64,000 nt of DNA, from contig JAGWAZ010000018.1 of assembly GCA_021296135.1 (NCBI GenBank), positions 31,808 through 95,807 on the forward strand, given 5' to 3'. Made by a program: the position numbers and the translations under genes. Each line of letters begins with the position of its first letter. Position 1 is the first letter of the stretch. This stretch comes from Chlorobiota bacterium. Lineage in GTDB: Bacteria; Bacteroidota; Ignavibacteria; OLB7. Shown here piece after piece: positions 39,474 through 48,537 of the stretch. Under the pieces are notes generated by a model. That model made no database searches. It had not been told where the DNA came from and worked only from the letters and a program-made list of their open reading frames with translations.

Positions 39474-41639
39474 TCAGAAATTGACAAGTTGATCTATCCT
39501 TGCCCCAATCTCTTCGGTTCCGGGAACAACTGCCTTCATCAAGGTAGGGTTGTAGGGGATTGGCACATCCGGTGTTGCCATCCGTTCAACCGGGGCATCA
39601 AGATGTGTGAAGGCTTCCTGCGCAATCACAGCTCCGATTTCACCCCCAAATCCGCACGTCCAGTTGTCCTCGTGCAGAACGAGACAGCGATTTGTTTTCC
39701 GAACAGAATCAAGAACTCTCTCTTTGTCCCACGGCGAGATTGTCCGCAAGTCAATGATTTCAACACTTGCATTACTCTTCTCGGCCGCTGCTGTTGCTCG
39801 GTGCACCATCTCTCCCCATGTCACGATCGTGATGTCGGATCCCTCACGAACAACTCTGGCAACTCCGTAAGGCAGTGTGAAATGATCTCCGGGCCAGGGG
39901 CGTCGTCCGTCTCGTGTGTCGAGCAAAGAACGATGCTCAAAGAACATCGTGGGATCGTTCCCACGCAAAGCTGAGCGAAGCAGACCGACCGCATCTTCGG
40001 CATTTGACGGAATTGCAATACGCCATCCTACAAGATGAGCGTAGAGAGCTTCACTGGAAACAGAATGCCAGGGATCACCGGTCTTCTTTCCGTAACCAAC
40101 CGGGATGCGGACGACCAGAGGAGCGGCAAATTTGCCTGCCGTTCTCCAGCGAATGGTTCCACAATCGGTGATCTGTTCGTGTGCAGGGTCGGCATACTTC
40201 CTGAACTGAATCTCGGGAATCGGCATCAGTCCGGCCAGCGCCATGCCGACCGAGCGCCCGATGATTCCCTCTTCGTTCAATGATGTATCGAAGACGCGTT
40301 CTCTTCCAAACTTGTGCTGTAGATCTATGGTTGCACCATGCACGCCTCCTTTCACGCCAACATCTTCGCCAAAAAGAAGGATGCGATTATCCCGTTGCAA
40401 CTCTGTCTCAAGCGTCCGACGAATTGCATCGATCATGTTCATGCGCGGCCCTTCCGGCTTTGTCTCTTGGGTCCCTTTACTCCACTCCTGATAACTCTTC
40501 TCTCCGCCTTCGGCCATGCGTCCGCCAACAATCTGTGGTGAACCGGCATGATAAAACCGATTATGAAACACAGTCTCCATATCTGGCTCATCTGCGTTCT
40601 TTGCGCCTTCTGCGGCTTTGCGTGCCACTTCTTCCGCTTCGACTTCCATGCGTTTCCATTCATCGTCGGTCAACATCGTATTCCTGATCAGATACTCTCT
40701 CAGCTTCGGCAACGGGTCATTTGTCTCTTCCTCTGCCACTTGCTTTGCCGACTTATATGCTTGATTATCCTCAAAGGAATGCCCGCTCAGGCGTGGCACA
40801 TTCAGGTGAAGCAGTACAGGCCCCTTTCCTGAACGAGTGTGTGCAACCCCCTCGGCAATCAGTTCTGCAGTCTCTTCAGGTTCAACCCCATTCCCGGAAA
40901 GGATGGTAAGACCCGAGAACGACGCAAGGTTTTCCGAGATGCTTCCGCCAGGAGTCTGGAGATCACCCGTGACAGAGATACCATATCCATTATCTTCAAT
41001 AAAAAAGAGGTAGGGGAGCTGTAGTGTTGTGGCGATGGTCAGTGCCGACCAGAAGCCGTTTGTAGCGCAGGCTGCATCTCCCCCCAGAGCGACGGCAATT
41101 GCACCATCCCAGTCATTTTCCTTCAGGCTCTCGGAACGGTATTGAATCGCTTGCGCCCAGCCAATAGCTGGTGTGAACTGAGCGCCGACATCACCGCTCG
41201 TAGGAAGGACAGTACCTTTCTCGCGGCGGGGCAGGTTGTGGACAACCCCGATGTCACGCCCCTCACTGATGCCTCCGGAACGACCCATTGTGCTGCGGAG
41301 CGCCTCTTCCGGGGTCAGACCTTGTGTCAGAACAAAGGGACGCGAACGATAGTAGAGTGTGGCAGCATCATGTTCGTGCGTAATATGTTCGCCCAGGATG
41401 ATCTGCGACAGATCATGGCCTCGGGAGGAGAACTGGTAGGTGATGAGTCCGGCCGGTGCAAGCTCCTCTTCTTCAATCTTATCAAGAGCACGTGAGATGA
41501 AAAGAGTCTTCGTGACGCGTTTCCAGTCTACTGTTGTGTTCCCCTTTGCGGTCGCACGGTTGCCGTTCTTCCTCCGAGATGAGCCGTTAGCTGTCGGTTG
41601 CTTTTTTGCCGATCTCTTTTGCGCCGTCCCTTGCGCCAT
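39474..41639 (-). CDS. 2-oxoacid (probably 2-oxoisovalerate) dehydrogenase E1, fused alpha/beta subunits
   Basis: ThDP motif GD-x-A...FFIEDNGYGIS, RL-x-GHS, GEDVG-x-GGV, DTSLNEEGIIG, IDLRTI-x-PWD. Confidence 0.92.
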   Translation of the reverse strand: MAQGTAQKRSAKKQPTANGSSRRKNGNRATAKGNTTVDWKRVTKTLFISRALDKIEEEELAPAGLITYQFSSRGHDLSQIILGEHITHEHDAATLYYRSRPFVLTQGLTPEEALRSTMGRSGGISEGRDIGVVHNLPRREKGTVLPTSGDVGAQFTPAIGWAQAIQYRSESLKENDWDGAIAVALGGDAACATNGFWSALTIATTLQLPYLFFIEDNGYGISVTGDLQTPGGSISENLASFSGLTILSGNGVEPEETAELIAEGVAHTRSGKGPVLLHLNVPRLSGHSFEDNQAYKSAKQVAEEETNDPLPKLREYLIRNTMLTDDEWKRMEVEAEEVARKAAEGAKNADEPDMETVFHNRFYHAGSPQIVGGRMAEGGEKSYQEWSKGTQETKPEGPRMNMIDAIRRTLETELQRDNRILLFGEDVGVKGGVHGATIDLQHKFGRERVFDTSLNEEGIIGRSVGMALAGLMPIPEIQFRKYADPAHEQITDCGTIRWRTAGKFAAPLVVRIPVGYGKKTGDPWHSVSSEALYAHLVGWRIAIPSNAEDAVGLLRSALRGNDPTMFFEHRSLLDTRDGRRPWPGDHFTLPYGVARVVREGSDITIVTWGEMVHRATAAAEKSNASVEIIDLRTISPWDKERVLDSVRKTNRCLVLHEDNWTCGFGGEIGAVIAQEAFTHLDAPVERMATPDVPIPYNPTLMKAVVPGTEEIGARIDQLVNF

Positions 41640-42081
41640 AATAGTGTATAGAGAGTTTTAGAAATATCGTTCGATAACAAAATTATAAAGATAGCCAATC
41701 ACCAATGAAGAAGCGGGGAGGGGGAAATCTTGAAACAAGGCAGTTTATATGCCGTTATTGCAGGTGAAATTTTTGCTTTACTTCCCCGTATGTAATCCCG
41801 TATCTTTGCCCCACTTTGTTAACCTGGGACTACAGCACAATGGCATACCTATACTATCGACTGCAACACATAGTACGTTCCCCGATGGATCAAAGGTCAT
41901 TTGTGCCTGCTCTGATCTTTCGATGATTCATAACTTCATATCGAGTCATAGTTCCAGCTAACAACTCATTCTGTATGTCTCGCTGATCGAAGCACGCTTT
42001 TCTGTTAAGAAGGAACATGCCCCGCGCTTGGCTCAGGGCGTCGTGCAGGAAACAACAACCGTATAAAACTATTGTAACTCT

Positions 42082-45000
42082 ATGAAGATTTCCCGTCTCT
42101 ATACGACCACTGGTAAAAATGTCTACGACATGTTTGAGTATTCCCTCCGCAGTTCTATTCTTCGGAATCCTGATGGATCGATTGTCTTCGAGATGCACGA
42201 CATCGAGGTTCCGATCCAGTGGTCACAGATGGCGACTGATATCCTCGCACAAAAGTATTTCCGCAAGACAAGTGTGCCGCAATTTGATGCCGAGGGGAAC
42301 CGGCTCTTTAACGAAAACGGGAAGCCGATTCTCGGTCCAGAGAAGAGCGTAAAGCAGGTTGTCCATCGTCTTGCAGGATGCTGGCGTCACTGGGGGGAAG
42401 AGCATGGTTACTTCGATTCGGAAGCTGATGCACAGGCCTTCTACGATGAGATTGCCTACATGCTCGTGAACCAGATGTCTGCCCCGAATTCACCTCAGTG
42501 GTTCAACACTGGACTCCACTGGGCCTATAACATTGAAGGACCTGCGCAGGGGCACTATTACGTCGATCCCGTAACCGGAAAGCTGACCCGTTCGAAAGAT
42601 GCCTACACACATCCGCACGCGCACGCCTGTTTTATTCAGTCGGTCAGGGATGACCTGGTCAACGAAGGTGGAATCTTTGATCTCGTGACTCGGGAGGCGA
42701 GGATCTTTAAATATGGTTCGGGCACAGGAAGTAATTTCTCTGCGCTCCGAGCCGAAGGAGAGTCTCTTTCAGGCGGCGGTGTCTCGAGTGGGCTCATGAG
42801 CTTCCTGAAAGTGAACGATCGGGCCGCCGGCGCTGTGAAGTCGGGTGGCACAACACGACGTGCTGCAAAGATGGTGATCTTGAACATCGACCACCCTGAC
42901 ATCGAGAAGTTCATCGACTGGAAGATGGTGGAGGAGCAGAAGGTGGCCGCTCTTGTTGCCGGATCACGCATCTGCAAGGCTTTTCTTTCGGGGATTGCCG
43001 AGGTTGCACGGGAACATGGAACCGATTATTCCGATCCATCTTCCGAACTTCACAATCTCGTACAGCGTGCGCTCAGTCGCGGTGTACCGTTCAACTATAT
43101 TATCCGTGTTGTCGCCCTTGTTGAACAGGGAGTGGAGAAGATTGACTTCAGCGAGTACGATTTGAACTATGAGGGAGAAGCATACAATACTGTCAGCGGA
43201 CAGAACTCCAACAACTCGGTCCGTGTCTCTAACGATTTCATGAAAGCTGTTGCCGAGGATGCCGACTGGCATCTGACCTGGCGGATAAACGGAGATGCGG
43301 CGAAGACGGTGAAGGCCAAATATCTCTGGGAGAAGATTAACCACGCTGCCTGGAGTTGCGCTGATCCCGGCCTGCAGTTCGATACCATCATCAACGAGTG
43401 GCACACAAGTCCGAGAGAAGGACAGATTAACGGGAGCAATCCTTGCAGTGAGTACATGTACCTCGACGACACGGCATGTAACCTGGCGAGTCTCAACCTC
43501 GGCCATTTCTATGACGAGGAGATCGAGGTCTTCGATGTTGAGAGCTATAAACATGCTACGCGGCTCTGGACAATTGTTCTCGAAATCTCTGTGCTGATGG
43601 CGCAGTTCCCATCGAAAGAGATTGCGCAGAAGAGCTTCGAAACACGGACGCTCGGACTTGGCTATGCAAATCTTGGTACGATCCTGATGCGTGCTGGTAT
43701 TCCGTACGACTCGGATGAAGGGCGTGCTTGGGCCGGGGCGATCACTGCAATCATGACCGGTGAGGCTTATGCCACAAGCGCAGAGATAGCAGGTGAGCTT
43801 GGAGCCTTCAACAAATACAAGCGGAATGCAAAGGAGATGCTTCGTGTCATGCGGAACCATCGTCGAGCCGCATATAATGCACCGGAAGGGGAGTACGAGG
43901 GATTGACCGTAACACCTGTCGGCATCGATCATTCGATTTGCCCCGTAAATCTTTCCATAGCTGCAAAGGAATGCTGGGATCGCGCAGTCAAGCTCGGCGA
44001 AGAGCATGGGTACCGGAACGCCCAGGTCTCGGTTATCGCTCCGACCGGAACTATAAGTCTGGTTATGGACTGCGATACCACTGGTATCGAGCCGGACTTT
44101 GCTCTGGTTAAATACAAGAAACTTGCCGGAGGTGGATATTTCAAGATCGTCAACCAGTCGGTGCCAAAGGCGTTGACCAACCTCGGTTACACCGATGCTG
44201 AGATCGCTGAGATATCCTCCTACATCAAAGGATATGCTTCGCTGAATGGCTGCCCACGCATCAATCGTGCCTCGCTCAAGACGAAAGGCTTTACCGACGA
44301 GAAGGTTGATGTTGTGGAGTCAGGACTGGAGACGGCGTTTGACATCACTTTTGCCTTCAACCGTTACACGCTCGAGGATGATTTTCTGAGAACTATCGGC
44401 TTCACCGACGAGCAGCTTGAGGATCCGTCGCTCAATATCCTGGCCGAACTCGGGTTCAGCAAGGAGGAAATAGAAGAGGCCAACCTGTATGTCTGTGGTA
44501 CCATGACAATCGAGGGAGCGCCCTATCTGAAGAAAGAGCATCTGCCGGTCTTCGATTGCGCCAACAGGTGTGGAAAGCTCGGTAAGCGGTACATTGAGTA
44601 CATGGGGCACGTAAAGATGATGGCTGCTGCACAGCCCTTTATCTCAGGAGCGATCTCGAAGACGATCAACATGCCACGTGAGGCAACGCTCGAGGATGTC
44701 GAGAAAGTCTACAATGAATCGTGGAAGTTGATGCTGAAGGCGATTGCTCTTTACCGTGACGGCTCGAAGCTTTCACAGCCGCTGAACGTCTCGGCAGATT
44801 CTGAACTTGTTGAGCAGGTGATGCTTGGCGACATCGATGTGGAGGCCTCCCATATGATCGGCAGTGATGAAAACTTCAATGAGGAGATTGGACCGCAGCA
44901 GGTGCAGGAGAAGATTATCGAGAAGGTCTATCACCGGGCAGAACGTCGGCGTCTGCCAAAGCGACGACACGGGTTTGTTCGAGAGGCAACCGTTGGCGGA

Positions 45001-45645
45001 CACAAGGTCTTCCTTCGTACCGGTGAATACGAGGACGGTACAATTGGAGAAATCTTCATCGATATGTACAAGGAGGGGGCGAGCTTCAAAGGATTGCTTA
45101 ACTGCTTTGCCGTGCTTGCCTCAAAGGCATTGCAGTATGGTATGCCGCTGGAGAAGATGGTCGACACCTTTACCTTTACCCGCTTCGAACCGTCAGGTCC
45201 AGTGCAGGGACACGAGGCGATCAAAAACGCAACTTCTATTATCGACTATGTCTTCCGTGCCGTCGGTTACGAGTATCTCGGTCGTGAAGACTTCGTTCAC
45301 GTCAGGGCGGTGGATGAAACCGAAGGGATTGAGTACGGTTCGGGAGACCGGGAGGGAGTGACAGCGTGGCTCTCACCAGGACGTGAATTGTGGGAACGCC
45401 AACAGAGCAGGAAGCGGGAGGCAAAAGGCGGAACCAATAACCCCACAAATGGGAACGGAGTGAACGGCTCAAACCGCCCGGCACAAGCGACGGGTACAGC
45501 AAGCGATCTGGAGGTGAAGGTGGCGGCTGCAAAAGCACACGGCTACACCGGCGAACAGTGTGGCAACTGTGGCTCGATGCGTGTAAAGCAGAACGGAGCC
45601 TGTCATGTCTGTGAGGAATGCGGGACGACAAGCGGATGCTCATAA
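42082..45645 (+). CDS. nrdJ: Vitamin B12-dependent (class II) ribonucleotide reductase
   Basis: PNSPQWFN, HACFIQS, SNPCSEY, IAPTGTI, SGAISKTIN; C-terminal TSCPD-like domain and Zn ribbon C-x2-C...C-x2-CG-TTSGCS. Confidence 0.96.
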   Translation: MKISRLYTTTGKNVYDMFEYSLRSSILRNPDGSIVFEMHDIEVPIQWSQMATDILAQKYFRKTSVPQFDAEGNRLFNENGKPILGPEKSVKQVVHRLAGCWRHWGEEHGYFDSEADAQAFYDEIAYMLVNQMSAPNSPQWFNTGLHWAYNIEGPAQGHYYVDPVTGKLTRSKDAYTHPHAHACFIQSVRDDLVNEGGIFDLVTREARIFKYGSGTGSNFSALRAEGESLSGGGVSSGLMSFLKVNDRAAGAVKSGGTTRRAAKMVILNIDHPDIEKFIDWKMVEEQKVAALVAGSRICKAFLSGIAEVAREHGTDYSDPSSELHNLVQRALSRGVPFNYIIRVVALVEQGVEKIDFSEYDLNYEGEAYNTVSGQNSNNSVRVSNDFMKAVAEDADWHLTWRINGDAAKTVKAKYLWEKINHAAWSCADPGLQFDTIINEWHTSPREGQINGSNPCSEYMYLDDTACNLASLNLGHFYDEEIEVFDVESYKHATRLWTIVLEISVLMAQFPSKEIAQKSFETRTLGLGYANLGTILMRAGIPYDSDEGRAWAGAITAIMTGEAYATSAEIAGELGAFNKYKRNAKEMLRVMRNHRRAAYNAPEGEYEGLTVTPVGIDHSICPVNLSIAAKECWDRAVKLGEEHGYRNAQVSVIAPTGTISLVMDCDTTGIEPDFALVKYKKLAGGGYFKIVNQSVPKALTNLGYTDAEIAEISSYIKGYASLNGCPRINRASLKTKGFTDEKVDVVESGLETAFDITFAFNRYTLEDDFLRTIGFTDEQLEDPSLNILAELGFSKEEIEEANLYVCGTMTIEGAPYLKKEHLPVFDCANRCGKLGKRYIEYMGHVKMMAAAQPFISGAISKTINMPREATLEDVEKVYNESWKLMLKAIALYRDGSKLSQPLNVSADSELVEQVMLGDIDVEASHMIGSDENFNEEIGPQQVQEKIIEKVYHRAERRRLPKRRHGFVREATVGGHKVFLRTGEYEDGTIGEIFIDMYKEGASFKGLLNCFAVLASKALQYGMPLEKMVDTFTFTRFEPSGPVQGHEAIKNATSIIDYVFRAVGYEYLGREDFVHVRAVDETEGIEYGSGDREGVTAWLSPGRELWERQQSRKREAKGGTNNPTNGNGVNGSNRPAQATGTASDLEVKVAAAKAHGYTGEQCGNCGSMRVKQNGACHVCEECGTTSGCS

Positions 45646-45683
45646 TCAGGGATGAGGGAAGTCAGAAGTAAGAAAGTCAGAAG

Positions 45684-46100
45684 CCCACATTCAAGTCTGA
45701 AGTGCAACAGGTGGAGGAGCTTTACCGCAATATACTTCCCAGGGTCTCTTCCACCCCAGACGAGCATTTCTATCTCCACATCGCTCACTCTGTTGAAGTC
45801 GGTCCCCTTTGGGAAGTACCGACGAATCAACCCGTTGCTCTGCTCGTTCGTTCCACGCTGTGAGGCACGATACGGGTCGGTGAAGTAGAACTCGATCCCC
45901 GGCTCTTCGGCTATCAGTTGATGCAAGGCAAACTCCTGTCGATAGGCCATAGTGCTTCGCTTTGATGGAGTTGTTATCACAAAGCTACGGCATCGGTTCG
46001 GCAAGAGGAAGCTTCCGGGCTTCCTCTTCAGCCTTCAGGCCGATTTTCCGTCGCCTTATGACTCCTCCGGCAACCGTTGCACTTCAGAGTTGAATTCGGG
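45684..46100 (-). mobile_element. Internally deleted, non-autonomous IS30-family element (417 bp)
   Basis: Terminal inverted repeats CCCacATTCAAGTCTGAAGTGCAAC / GTTGCACTTCAGAGTTGAATtcGGG; transposase fragment EFA-x-H...YFTDPY-x3-QRGTNE-x-NGLIRRYFPKGTDF; VALQT* inside the IR. Confidence 0.85.
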
Positions 46101-46303
46101 GTTTATAAGTGATTGATTCGGTATATTAGCAGTGATATTAAACCCGATTATCTACCGGGTAGTAAGGTTAATGTTTAAAAATTAGCTTGAGATGATTGTC
46201 CGGGCGGCTGGGTTTTTTGCAAAATAGGGGGAATTTGGTAGGATTGGTAAGTAAATAAGTACTTCTATTAATAATAAAACAAATCGGCACTTAAATTATA
46301 TAT

Positions 46304-48532
46304 ATGCAGAAAATTAAACTTACGGAGAATGAGAAGAGGGATGTGCTTAAATATATTGAGGCTGATAAACCACTGCCGGAAAAATATCGTTGGCTTTTGT
46401 TTGCAGACAAAAAACAAGTAGAGTTGGTGTGGCATGGAAAGACATCGGAAGTGACAAAAACGGTTCTGCCGTTTCAGACGATTGAGGTAGTAGACGAACC
46501 ACGTGCCGAAACCACAAAAGAGACCAAAGAAAATCCACAACAAGCCCTGTTTGATTTCGACGAACGAGGGCGGCAGATTTCCGGTTGGACAAACAAGCTC
46601 ATCTGGGGAGATAATAAACTGATTCTGTCCAGTCTTAAAAGCGGACCGCTCCGCGAGGAGATAGAGAAAGCCGGCGGACTTAAACTTATCTACATTGACC
46701 CGCCCTTTGATGTCGGTGCTAATTTTTCAATGAAAGTTGAAATCGGTGATGACGAGCTAACCAAAAAGCCGAATGTTTTGGAAGAGTTGGTCTATCGTGA
46801 CACCTGGGGTAAAGGCGCGGATAGTTTTATTGCGATGATATATGAGAGATTAAGTTTAATGCGTGACCTATTAGCCGACGATGGCAGTATTTATGTGCAT
46901 TGTGATTGGCGAGTGAATAGCTATATGCGGTTGGTGTTGGATGAGGTGTTTGGAAAGGATGACTATAGAAACGAAATTATTTGGCAAAGAGATGCCGTTG
47001 GTAAGGGAGGAAAGAAAATTTCAAAACAATGGTCAAAAGAAATTGATCACTTGCTGTGGTATTCAAATAGCAATAACTATTATTTTGAACAACAATTTAA
47101 ACAATCTGATGAATTGACACATACTCAACTTAAGGAATTTAGATATAAGGAAGACAACGGGCGTCTATTTAAAATAGTTACACTTGGTAATTACTCGAAA
47201 GATTCAATTGAGAAGATGCGTAAAAAAAATCTTATACATACAACATCAACAGGCAAAGAATATAAAAAATATTATCTGGATGAGTTTCAGTTAGCCATTG
47301 GATCACTATGGCATGATATACCTAATATTTCTCATGGTAAGAATCCAGAAGCCCTAAATTACCCCACCCAAAAACCCGAAAAGCTCCTTGAACGCATAGT
47401 CAAAGCATCTTCCAACGAAGGCGACCTAGTAGCCGATTTTTTCTGTGGTTCGGGTACTACTCTGGCAGTAGCGGAAAAACTGGGTCGCAAATGGATTGGC
47501 TCCGACCTGGGCAAGTTTTCTATTCATACTACTCGCAAACGGATGATTAGTGTGCAGAGAGAAATAAAAGAATCGGGTAAAGGTTTTCGGGCCTTTGAGA
47601 TTTTAAACCTCGGCAAGTATGAACGCCAACACTACATCGGAGTCAATGACAATCTGCGTGAGGAACAAAAGCAAAAACAGATAGCTGAAAAAGAGAATGA
47701 TTTTATAAAGCTCATCATCAAAGCGTATAAAGCCGAGGCGGTAGAAAACTTTAAAACTTTTGTCGCCAAGAAAGCCGGGCGGTTGGTGGCGGTCGGACCG
47801 ATTAATTTACCGACCTCGCGCCTTCTCGTGGAAGCGGTAATAAAAGAATGTATTGAAAAAAAGATTACCAAAGTGGACATTTTATCCTTTGAGTTTGAGA
47901 TGGGCTTGTTTCCCAAGATTCAAGAGGAAGCCAAAGGTAAGGGGATTGATTTGGCACTGAAGTACATACCACGGGAAGTTTTCGACAAGCGAGCGATTGA
48001 AAAAAATCAAATAGAATTCCATGATGTGTCATACATTGAAATTAAGCCCCACATAAAGCCGGCCGGAAAACGCACCCCGGGTACTGTGGCTGTTGAGCTG
48101 AAAGATTTCTCTGTTTTCTATAATCAGGATATTGTAGATAATGTGATTGCGGGTCTTAAAAAAGGCGCTCATAAGGTATTGGTTGAGGCAGGTAATATCA
48201 TTAAGGTAACCAAAGACAAAGACGGGGTTGTGAATCGTGAAGTGCTGACCAAAAAATGGACGGATTGGATTGATTACTGGGCGGTGGACTTTGATTTTGA
48301 GAGCAAGGAAGAGATTGTCCGCATTAAAAATGATGAGGGTGAAATTGAAAAAGTGTGGACTGGCGATTATATTTTTGAGAATGAGTGGCAGAGTTTTCGG
48401 ACCAAAAAAGATCGCTCGATCGAGCTTAAGAGTGTGAGCCGTGAATGTGGTGCCGGACGGCGCAAGATAGCCGTTAAGGTGGTTGATATTTTCGGCAATG
48501 ATACTATGAAAGTAATTGAGGTTAAAATATAA
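46304..48532 (+). CDS. mod: Type III R-M system Mod subunit (amino-methyltransferase, probably N6-adenine)
   Basis: IYIDPPF catalytic motif, YPTQKPEKLLERI, DFFCGSGTT SAM motif, C-terminal VKVVDIFGND. Confidence 0.92.
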   Translation: MQKIKLTENEKRDVLKYIEADKPLPEKYRWLLFADKKQVELVWHGKTSEVTKTVLPFQTIEVVDEPRAETTKETKENPQQALFDFDERGRQISGWTNKLIWGDNKLILSSLKSGPLREEIEKAGGLKLIYIDPPFDVGANFSMKVEIGDDELTKKPNVLEELVYRDTWGKGADSFIAMIYERLSLMRDLLADDGSIYVHCDWRVNSYMRLVLDEVFGKDDYRNEIIWQRDAVGKGGKKISKQWSKEIDHLLWYSNSNNYYFEQQFKQSDELTHTQLKEFRYKEDNGRLFKIVTLGNYSKDSIEKMRKKNLIHTTSTGKEYKKYYLDEFQLAIGSLWHDIPNISHGKNPEALNYPTQKPEKLLERIVKASSNEGDLVADFFCGSGTTLAVAEKLGRKWIGSDLGKFSIHTTRKRMISVQREIKESGKGFRAFEILNLGKYERQHYIGVNDNLREEQKQKQIAEKENDFIKLIIKAYKAEAVENFKTFVAKKAGRLVAVGPINLPTSRLLVEAVIKECIEKKITKVDILSFEFEMGLFPKIQEEAKGKGIDLALKYIPREVFDKRAIEKNQIEFHDVSYIEIKPHIKPAGKRTPGTVAVELKDFSVFYNQDIVDNVIAGLKKGAHKVLVEAGNIIKVTKDKDGVVNREVLTKKWTDWIDYWAVDFDFESKEEIVRIKNDEGEIEKVWTGDYIFENEWQSFRTKKDRSIELKSVSRECGAGRRKIAVKVVDIFGNDTMKVIEVKI

Positions 48533-48537
48533 ATTTT

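Noticed and set aside
41640..42081. Cobalamin riboswitch or NrdR boxes upstream of nrdJ
   Set aside because: No B12-box/GGGAA core found; only one weak NrdR-like match (CAACACATAGT near 41865) and no clear tandem partner
42964..44007. Long antisense ORFs (347 aa here; also 16548..17429 and 9023..9802)
   Set aside because: Shadows of well-supported genes on the opposite strand, with no motifs
42082..45645. Intein or intron in nrdJ
   Set aside because: Continuous ORF of ordinary length; no intein splice motifs or homing-endonuclease signature noticed
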